From contig OZ024748.1 in assembly GCA_964016885.1 (NCBI GenBank), positions 14,198,001 through 14,262,000 of the forward strand: a stretch of 64,000 nt of DNA, read 5' to 3'. Numbering within the stretch: position 1 is the first letter of the stretch; every line of letters begins with the position of its first letter. A program made the translations under genes and the position numbers. Below, in pieces: positions 54,063 to 64,000 of the stretch. The DNA is from Eledone cirrhosa (Eukaryota). The notes below the pieces were generated by a model, which saw nothing but the letters and a program-made list of their open reading frames with translations, was not told the DNA's origin and made no database searches.

Positions 54063-54068
<6 letters not shown>
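53890..54068 (+). mobile_element. Family H2 element (single arm)
   Basis: Matches 29241-29377 plus tail; ends in (TA)n. Confidence 0.82.
53962..54026 (+). ncRNA. Minimal type-I hammerhead ribozyme (H2)
   Basis: CTGATGA 53970-53976, AGGcATACCA..TGGTATcCTT, GAAA 54007-54010, ATATATAT stem III, predicted cleavage after 54018; one mismatch in stem I. Confidence 0.7.
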
Positions 54069-54099
<31 letters not shown>

Positions 54100-54335
54100 C
54101 CAGGGAGGTAAGAGAGGGAGAATAGATATAGAGGAGCCTCTCTCTAAAGTAAAACGACTTCACTTCTTCCCACATCCGAAATGCATATATATAGTGAGAG
54201 AGTGAGAGTGAGAGTGAGAGAGTGAGAGTGAGAGTGAGAGAGAGATCCTGAATTATTTCTCTCTCTCTCATCATATATAGAGAGAGAGTGAGAGAAAAAA
54301 TACATATATAGATAGATAGATAGATAGATAAATAA

Positions 54336-54845
54336 ATTTCTTTATTAGCCACAAGGGCACAAAAGAAGGGGACAATTACAAATGGGGAGTTTACATACAG
54401 GTATATGAAAATAAAACTATTAATACAATAACAAATAATTGAAATCCCCAATAGATAGAGAGAGAGATAGACAGATAGATAGATAATAGATAGATATGTT
54501 TCTTTATTAGCCACAGGGGCACAACAGAAGGGGACAAATACAAAGAGGGAAGTTTCCATACAATAAAAACGTGTAAAATATTATCACAAATGCAATTTAA
54601 AAAATTAGTCGATTTTCCCCCAATAGGGGGAGACAGTTCATATGGGTAACACATACACCCGAAAAAATGTGCAACCCTCATCTCCAGGAGTACGAAGAGT
54701 TTGTACTCCTTTCCTCTTCTCCTCCTTTTCCTCAACCTACAGGCTGATATAGAGAGAAGGCCCATTCACTCGGGCCATTCTCGCCACTTTCACCCACCTT
54801 TCATAAAACTTGCTGATTCTTCTTCCAAAGTGGTATTTGAAAAGA
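54336..54845 (-). mobile_element. Two tandem LINE 3' ends (L1/Tx1-like) in (GATA)n
   Basis: ttctttattagccaca.gggcac tail at about 54338 and 54500, each preceded by (gata)n; minus-strand SKFYERWVKVARMARVNG..* near 54740-54815. Confidence 0.55.
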
Positions 54846-54876
<31 letters not shown>

Positions 54877-55274
54877 TAGATATATGATCAGGAGTTACAG
54901 TTAATCAAAGAGTAAGGGAAAACGTCAAGTTGATCCAGGTAGAATATCTATGTGGTTGGTGGTGGATTGGGGAGGTTGTACAGGTGGTTCTAAATAACGG
55001 TAGGGGGTGTATGTGTTGGCGTGCACTGTGCTATATTTCCGTTGTTCGTGTTTTAAGTGCATTATTCAACTCCAGCTATAACATATATTATATCATACCA
55101 GAAATATTAGACCAGCTATCAAGTGACATGTTAAACAATTTCTTTAACTTTCATTCTACACAGACGTTCCTCCCATCACATTCACATATATAACATTCTC
55201 TTAGCGAAGTTCTGCCATGTAAGGTTTAAACACTTTTTTTCGCTCTTTTCTTTAGACTTAAGCAACACACGTAT

Positions 55275-55970
<696 letters not shown>

Positions 55971-56014
55971 ATAAGCATAATAAATGAAAATATATATTTA
56001 TATGTATGCATGTG

Positions 56015-56073
<59 letters not shown>

Positions 56074-56279
56074 ATGTCTGTATGTATGTACAAAGTAATA
56101 ATTGAAATATTTATGCCTGTAAGAAGTAGTGCAATATATCACACGTGTCAATAGGAAATATAATGGATATAGAAAGATTTGATAAAGTTTTTTCACTGAA
56201 TATAATCTACACTGAGATACACTATTTTATAGGTTTACTCAGTGCAATAAGATTAAATATAAAAACTCGTATTATTATT

Positions 56280-56462
56280 TGGCAGTATCGGTAGAGGGTC
56301 TGACACCATGCTTTGCAGCAAAGAGTTACGGCTCTTTATGGTTTGAGTTCAAATCCCGCCGAGGTTATCTTTGCCTTTCATCCTTACGGGGTTGTTAAAA
56401 TAAAGTACCAGTCACGCACTGGGGTAATTGCTGGCCTTGTGTCAAAAGTATAAACAATTATT
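56280..56462 (+). mobile_element. SINE family A
   Basis: A-box through tail. Confidence 0.9.
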
Positions 56463-56514
56463 TTTATACATACACACCCACATACATAGACACACACACA
56501 CACACACATTTGAT

Positions 56515-56752
56515 AAAAGCGATGACGATTCGTTTACATGTATTTAGATTTTTTATTATACCGACGTGTCACGTGGGTTTCGCAGACGATTGGCTCAGAG
56601 TCGTCAGACGGGTGATCCGACGAAAAATATAGTCTAAAGAGCAGATCGAAAATGGTGACGGGTCCACAAACTCTATAGGAGACCCTGAGCCAATCCTCTG
56701 TGGAACATGCGTAACAGGTCGATAACAATAAAAATCTAATACATGGAAACAT
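56515..56752. mobile_element. Fold-back element family H8 with decayed long-stem-II hammerhead
   Basis: Arms 56532-56602 and 56681-56750; CTAAAGA-GCAGA..GGGTC..GACCC..TCTGT-GGAA (the other arm has TCTGC-GAAA). Confidence 0.65.
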
Positions 56753-56839
56753 ATATATATATATATGTGTTGTATGGTTGCTGAGATGTGTCCCTCGGCG
56801 GTATGCCGGTTGAGCACTCTATGCTCCTTCAGAACATAA

Positions 56840-57108
56840 TATAATATTATAGAAAAGGAAGAATCAGTGATGCATCGAAACACAATTTATTAATGTATTA
56901 CAATTGGTTCTCCGGCGAACAGATCATGGTACGATCTATTTGTGGATCGAACCTGACTCTGGATTCGCAAGTTCCTCAGATACGTCTGGCGACTTCGAAG
57001 AAAATCTTCCAAATAGTTCGTACCTCGAGCTGTTCGCCGGAGAATCAACTGTAATACGTTAATAAATCGTGATTCGATGCATCACTGATTCTTCGTTTTC
57101 TATAATAT
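56840..57108. mobile_element. Fold-back element family H9
   Basis: Arms about 56845-56945 and 57010-57108; TA-rich flanks. Confidence 0.75.
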
Positions 57109-57263
57109 ATATATATATATATATATTTAAAAGTTAAACAAGGTTCAATGAATACATCAAAGAATGAGTTTTACAATAGATTGGAAGCACTCAACAGCTA
57201 TGGTTTTCCAGAGTTAATATTAATTCAAAATATTAACAAAATAGATACTCTTGTGATCAAGTA

Positions 57264-57330
57264 TATTTTATTATACATATTTCAGAGGTACTGAGTTAAG
57301 TTCAACAGTACGTCTTCATCAGATAAAATA
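57264..57330 (-). ncRNA. Minimal type-I hammerhead ribozyme (H1)
   Basis: tattttat CTGATGA AGAcGTACTG..CAGTACcTCT GAAA tatgtATA^ataaaata. Confidence 0.8.
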
Positions 57331-57437
57331 AGATGATGCATGACATACCCTGACATAGTAGATGATTAAGATTCAGCCATGGTAGTCATGACTGAATCTT
57401 AACCATCTACTATGTCAGGGTATGTCATGCATCATCT

Positions 57438-57504
57438 TATTTTATCTGATGAAGACGTACTGTTGAACTTAACTCAGTACCTCTGAAATATATATAATAA
57501 AATA
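57438..57504 (+). ncRNA. Minimal type-I hammerhead ribozyme (H1)
   Basis: CTGATGA 57446-57452, GAAA 57485-57488, ATATATAT stem III, 8-bp stem I, predicted cleavage after 57496. Confidence 0.82.
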
Positions 57505-57902
57505 TACTTGATCACAAGAATATCTATCTTGTTAATATTTTGAATTAAGATATATATATATATATCATTTACCCATTTCGTATCCCTCGTTGTTGTTGGT
57601 ATATCCTTTAGCTGGCATACGCCCAGTCTATATATCTTACTCTTGGTATTTCCTTCGAATATCTTAATGTGTTCACTATGATGGAAAAATGTATTCATTT
57701 CTCACGTCATTGAGTGTATAGGGACTACCGCAGATAATTCGACTGGTGTTGCCTTATTGAGGCTTTCTCTTCAATGTGATACTTGAAGTAATATGTATAT
57801 ATAATATATAGGTATATATGTGTGTGCGTGTGCATATATATATATATATACACACACACCGTCCGACACCCAGATCCGAATATATATATATATATATATA
57901 TA

Positions 57903-58103
57903 TAGGAAAAAGTATCACCCCAACGGCAGAGCTCAAGACGTTTTGACAGCTATTTCTGGCCTAGAAATAGCCGTCGAAACGGCTTGAGCTCTGCCGTCGG
58001 GGTCATACCTTTTCCTATTTCCCACTCTACTACCCTAAGTATTGAGTACTCTGGTGCGTTATGGGTTATGGTTCATCTGGTTCCTTACCACAATTCCTTT
58101 GTT
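57903..58103. mobile_element. Fold-back element family H4
   Basis: Arms 57903-57957 and 57963-58017; tail to 58103. Confidence 0.85.
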
Positions 58104-58125
58104 ATATATATATATATATATATAT

Positions 58126-58242
58126 ATGAATAAAGTTAGTCCTTCATCAGTGATCTTCCAACCATCATTGGTATTTCATCGCTTTAAAGACCATATACCT
58201 CCGGTTGGAGCGAGCAACTGCTAAAAAAGGTCGTTGGGACAA
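58126..58242 (-). mobile_element. Family H6 fragment
   Basis: Matches 2150-2262; CTGATGAAGGAC half-site on minus strand. Confidence 0.65.
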
Positions 58243-58310
58243 TATATATATACTCTTTCCCTATATATATATATATAATATTTCCCTATATATATATATA
58301 TACAATATTT

Positions 58311-58349
<39 letters not shown>

Positions 58350-58929
58350 TATAAGGAGAGAGTGGTGCTTCACAAACCATGACCATTACTTGAAACGTGA
58401 AAAGTAAGTCAACCTATCACAAGAAAGAATGACAGCAGTATGTCTGTAGATTTAGTAGTTCTATCATTCTTCTATCTTTAATACATTGAAAATATTATTA
58501 TTGGTCACATAAATATTCGTCCTCAGAAAACAAACTCTTTTTACATCCCACATATAATTCAATCATCCACACACCACTGAATGTTCGTTGCTGTTCTATT
58601 TATGTTTAAACATATTGCTCTCTAACTCTACATGAAAGAAACACTACCTGTAATTGGCTTCAATCGATCAATGACGTACTTTAACTGTGTAGCCAGCTAG
58701 TCAGTCAGTCAGTCACTCACATGAATTCTTTACTGGTTGTGGTGAAAAAAAAAAAAAACTATAGTTGTTGTCATTGTTGCACCTCTTTTTTATTGATGTC
58801 GTTTATTTATTTATTTATTTTACTTTATATTTGCTGCTAGTGATGGACCTGTCCTTAGTTGACTTAAATTCATTTCTAAATAACCTGAAGCCACTAGACT
58901 GACGAATATTTATCATGATTTAATTGACA

Positions 58930-58967
<38 letters not shown>

Positions 58968-59082
58968 TCTCAAAATGTTTTTTTTTTTCCATCTCAGATA
59001 GACTCGCTCCATCATTCACTTTTCTAAAAATATATCATACACAAAACGCCAGCATCAACAGTTTTCCAAGAGATGTCAACAT

Positions 59083-59500
59083 GAATGGACCGGTTATTTT
59101 CCGCTAAAGACATTTTTCCCAATTACACCCCGCCCGTCCCTTCAATCTATCTAATTTCTCATTCTTTCTTCTGATGAAGGCCTAGCGTCAGATACGTTAA
59201 AACCCTCTTCCTGCTATTTCAAGCGTTAACCTAATATATTCCTTCCATATAATGTACCGATTGTGTCATTTCTGTTTACCTTTTACACGTGCGTGTGCGT
59301 GTGCGTGTGCGTGTGCGTGGACCAAAATGGCTGACTGAATATGCACGTATATTTTTTTTATTATTTCTCATTGTATCTTCTGATGAAGGACTAGTGTTCG
59401 AAACGTTACGATTCTTCGTTCCCTATTATTCCATGCATTAAACTAATATTTCTTCCTTGTACTTTGTTGTTTGCTTTTATTCTGTTTCCTTTTTACACAC
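59083..59500 (+). mobile_element. Two tandem family H3 PLE-like ends, each with a hammerhead-like core
   Basis: CTGATGAAGGCCTAGCGTCAGATACGTTA (59171) and CTGATGAAGGACTAGTGTTCGAAACGTTA (59380), with homologous tails. Confidence 0.65.
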
Positions 59501-59533
59501 GCACGCACACATATATATATATATATATATATA

Positions 59534-59631
59534 TAACGAAGGAAATGTGGTAAGGAACCAGGTGGACCATAACGCACCAAAGTACTCAATACTTGAGGTA
59601 GTAGAGTGGGTAATAGTGGGTCTTACTGGTT

Positions 59632-59635
<4 letters not shown>
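59534..59635. mobile_element. Family H4: inverted tail plus short forward arm
   Basis: 59534-59616 matches 50882-50963; 59618-59635 forward gggtcttactggttccta. Confidence 0.8.
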
Positions 59636-59682
<47 letters not shown>

Positions 59683-59733
59683 GAATGTATATGTGTGTTT
59701 ATATAATGTATACATATACTCACATCCATACAA

Positions 59734-59764
<31 letters not shown>

Positions 59765-61679
59765 GTATACATATTTATACACACATACATACACACGATT
59801 TGATCTCAGAGTCCAAAGAGTGGAGAGGAATACGAATACAACGAAACATTCTATCTTTACGTTCTAACAACTCTGCCAATTAGGGGCCATATTGTTGTAA
59901 GAGAGTCTGATGATATTTTCGAGCCTGTAGGATACGTATTTTGTGAAAAATAGCTAACTTACAAGCGTTAAATAAATTCAATAACAGCCAGCATGTATTG
60001 ATTTGGTCTGACGATGTGGGCCTAAAGGCTAGAATTTTCCTCTCAGAAGGCTGCGTTCTATATCTACTAGAATGACAAAAGATATTGGTTAGTAAATCAT
60101 TCAGTGGTACTACTGCTTCGTTTCTCGGTCAGATCCTGTAATTTCAATTCGAATAATATTCCCTTGTAACCATTTCTTTCGCAACAAATCTATACTCCGG
60201 TAATCTATGCCTAACATCCGCCATATTCGCCGAAAATTCGGATAAACTATTAGTTTTTTCACATATTTTGTTCTTGTTGTGTTTGTATGGGTATGTATAT
60301 TTTTATATGTGTGTCTTTTGTGTAGATCTGTATGTTCGAAGCCTCTGTATGTTCAATAAGTGTGTCTATATGTATGGAAGTGTTCGTGTAGATATATGCC
60401 TGTCTTTATAAGAGAGTTTGGAGAAAGGATCTATATATTTTATACTGCTGCGCAAAAGATGGAAAAATGGTGGCCGATATTTTAGAGAGTGATTTCTATT
60501 TGTTTGTTAGTTTCTTATTGTTGTTCTTCTTTCTGTATTGGCCCGTTCTCGCAATGAATTTTTTGTTATTGTTAAACAGAAGTAGACAATGGTGAAAGTA
60601 TTTTAAAACGATTAAAATACCAACGATTCTGGTTTGGAAAGCAATCAATGTGGTGTGGTAAATAAATATATACATATATACCAGGTCCGAACACAATGGA
60701 ATCAAACTCACACTGTCATTGCCTCCGTCAATCCCGCTCCCCCCATCTCTCATTATTGTGAGCAAATGGAGGCCCACGACCACGGCTAACAGAATAGAGA
60801 AGGTGTTTCACCGGAAGATATTGAGGGAGCCATTCTAGCTCGCGAAACCTACCCCCGCGAGTAGCCCAATCTGTGCCGATTAACATTATAAACAGGATGA
60901 GAGAAAAAAAAGGGTACAAGAAATATGAATGAAGTTAAAAGGAGTATCAGGATGGACAGGAGCATACAATACACCCTATACCTGGGTGATATATCTCCCA
61001 ATTAAACCGAGAAGAAAGAGAATATGCACCACAGACGGTTGCGCTGAGGAGAAACAATTTCTAATGGAAGATATATACATCTTCTGAACAAAGTTTAATA
61101 AATTCCGAAAACGCATTATAGATGTTTATCATTTTCTTTTTCAATTTACTGGGAAATACTGATTTTCTGGCATGATAACAGGCCTACAAATTAGACATGT
61201 GTATATAATTATACTCTTAAGTGCAGTCTCGATTACACACGTTTTGTCTATACAGATATAACTTTATTATACACTTCGGCTGATAGCGCACCTCTTACTA
61301 TATATCTTAATTACGAAGAGGAGCGGTTACTGTATGCAAATTATTTTGTCCAATTAGAAATGGGTATATATATATGAATAAAAATAGGCCGAGAAACAAG
61401 AATGTCCTTCATCAGTAGCCTGCTGATTATCGTTGGTATTTCTTATATATATGTTTCCTTGTGGATGATTGGAAGATTTACAAATCTCATGAGGAGTCAA
61501 TAAAATCCGAAAACCGGTTATAGATGTTAATAAAATGTTTTCAAAAACTAAACCAAAAAAAGTTAAGCATCTGTATATGTCACTAATATATATATATGTA
61601 TATATACATATACATACAGAGAGAGAGAGAGAAAGAGAGAGAAAGCGAGAGAGAGAGAGAGAGAGAGAAAGCGAGAGAA

Positions 61680-61716
<37 letters not shown>

Positions 61717-62708
61717 GAGAAAGAAAGAGAGAGAAAGAGAGAGAAAGAGAGGTACAAAGAAAGAGAGAGAGAGAGAAACAGAGTGAGAGAAGTTAGTTCC
61801 ACAACATTTAGTCCAACTCGAGTTGAAAATCCGCAAGGTGAAAAGCGTATCCTCGAAAATGGTCTATTCATTGTTGTGGAGCTAACTTCTACTTAACTCC
61901 TCCCATGTGCTCTTCTTACTACAGATATATCCTCCCAGTGCTCTACCACTATATATATATGTGTGTATCCTCAGGGGCCTTGTTGGCCTTAAAAATGTGA
62001 GAGGGACAAACAAACATTTGTTGATTCTTAACGGAGCATAAATTGCTTATGGTGCCTTTCACATAAGTACAATGTTACGCTAATTAAATTTTATATATTC
62101 AAATGAAGTTCAGATAAAAAAATAAGCTTAAAAAGAATTTATTATATCAAATAAACAAAAAATAAAATATAGACGTTTGAAAAATTGGTGGGGACTTGTC
62201 CCCTGGTACCCCTTGAAAAAAAGGAAGTACCTTGCATATGTGTATGTGTATCCTCAGTTAATTTATTGAGCAGTAAAACATTTTTGTTCTAGCATAACAG
62301 GAATTTTGGTTATGAGCACTCACTTTTTAACCTGGTCGTTCCATAATCAGACATATCCGAGATAATACGATTATATGTTAAGTCTACGTTTAGTTTACAT
62401 CCTGTGACTACTAAAGCTATTGGAAAATATGTTTATTGTAGGTAGATTTTAACTTGTTTAGATATTTATTAAATCAAATGTAATTCTCCTTATATATAGA
62501 AAATCGAATTCTTATCCATTTGACCCAAACATTATCCAATTTATAGAAACATCATTTCAAAGGAGAGGCAAATATTATATGTATTAATATTTAGATATAT
62601 GAAAATAATAGATAGATGGATAGATAGATAGATAGATACATAAGTACGCAGACATTAATATATGTGTCTGCCTACCTGTGTGTACGTGTAAAAGACAAAT
62701 ATTATATA

Positions 62709-62748
<40 letters not shown>

Positions 62749-62961
62749 TATATAAATATATGTGTGTGTGTATGTATATCTATATATGTATATATCAAAA
62801 TGAAAATCCGAAAGCAAGGTAAAATTTCCAATCATTTTAATCACGACACATGTTTCAATAAGAGATAGATCGATTATCACTAATCTCGTCAGGTGAAAAA
62901 GAATTGTATTCAAATTCTTGATATGAGGGAGAAAATTAGCAATGTTCACTCACAGAGTTTA

Positions 62962-62999
<38 letters not shown>

Positions 63000-63000
<1 letters not shown>

Positions 63001-63575
63001 CTTTGATAGGTTTCGTCCAGTATTGGCCCAGGCCATGTCTAACTTAATAGCACCACCTGGCGAAGTCTTACAGATCGGTGTTTGGGCACCATGGCCCACT
63101 CGAGCAGAGAGTTATTGTTTACGGAGGCATATCAGGGTGTAGGAGGCTTATCCGGGATTTCTTGAAGGAATTTATCCAAAGACTTCTTGAACTTGATGGG
63201 GTCTGTCTCTGCCTTGATGTGTTTTGGTGTAATGTTAAAGAGTGCAGGGCCAATTGAGGTGAAATAATTGTGCCGTATTGTTGTTATGAGATGCGAGTGA
63301 GATTTTTGTCGTGGACGGATAGCACGGGGCCCAAGCCTTGAGTGTACATTAAAGATAATGCCAACATCATTTGGGCAATATTTTCCACATCATGCAGATA
63401 ATGTAGCGCTCACGGCGACGTTGGAAAGAATAAAGTTTGAGCTTTTCTAATCGACTCCAATAGTCAAGGTCTGTCATGCCATCTATCTTTTTTGTAATCG
63501 ATCTTTGGGACGCTTCAACTTTCATGATACTTTGTTTCGTGCGGGGAGACCACAATGGACAACATTCGTAGTGTG
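63000..63575 (-). mobile_element. CR1-group LINE ORF2 3' end
   Basis: CCPLWSP..KVEASQRSITKKIDGMTDLDYWSRLEKLKLYSFQRRRERYII, then GPALFN..FKKSLDKFLQEIPDKP after a frameshift. Confidence 0.88.
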
Positions 63576-63809
63576 TAGTTACGATGGAGATTCAGTATAA
63601 GAATAACATTAAGAAAGATGATTTATCTAATTACACCATCTTTCTTAATGTTATTCTTATGTGTGTGTATATGTGTATGTGTTCTTGTCTGGTGGACCTG
63701 TGATAAACGGGCGAAACTCTACAGTAACAAAACTCACTTCTTAATATAAATGAACATTAAAACTCCCCTTCGGTGCTGAGTACTCCTTTCTCTTAGCCGT
63801 TAACCTTAT

Positions 63810-63857
<48 letters not shown>

Positions 63858-63862
63858 ATATA

Positions 63863-64000
63863 TAAGAACAAATATGACCCCGACGGCAGAGCTCAAATGA
63901 AATGGCCGTCGAAACGGCTTGAGCTCTGCCGTCAGGGTCATATTTATTCCTATTACCCACTCTACTACCCTAAGTATTGAGAACTTGATGCGTTATGGTG
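63863..64000. mobile_element. Fold-back element family H4, cut by window end
   Basis: Arms 63863-63896 and 63919-63952. Confidence 0.8.

Larger units (their letters stand above)
57126..57548. mobile_element. Fold-back element family H1, about 160-bp arms, 5-nt loop
   Basis: Arms 57220-57381 and 57387-57548; tail 57126-57220. Confidence 0.9.

Noticed and set aside
61395-61425. Minus-strand CTGATGAAGGAC half-site
   Set aside because: No properly placed GAAA or stems; only a possible remnant.

Overview
AT-rich, microsatellite-saturated eukaryotic (metazoan) DNA, essentially all intronic or intergenic. The SINE repertoire resembles what I recall from coleoid cephalopods (Octopus-like); that assignment is an inference. 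No ORF in the supplied track is a credible intact gene: nearly all are translated simple repeats, and a few are decayed LINE ends. Content: about 18 copies of a tRNA-headed SINE, several CORE-type SINEs, RTE/RTE-X, CR1-group and Tx1-like LINE 3' ends, two tandem non-autonomous Helitrons, a TTAA-type MITE, several minisatellites, a 200-N gap and two weak exon candidates. The main signal is a set of at least 8 unrelated families of short fold-back (inverted-arm) elements sitting in (TA)n microsatellites. Several carry minimal type-I hammerhead ribozymes (CUGAUGA-stem II-GAAA-palindromic stem III-AUA cleavage-stem I), often one on each strand. They show compensatory changes, a shared C·C mismatch in stem II and a family-specific fixed short-arm end. 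This looks like a Penelope-like (PLE pLTR-derived), ribozyme-bearing, microsatellite-targeting non-autonomous retroelement system. Family labels H1-H9 are mine.
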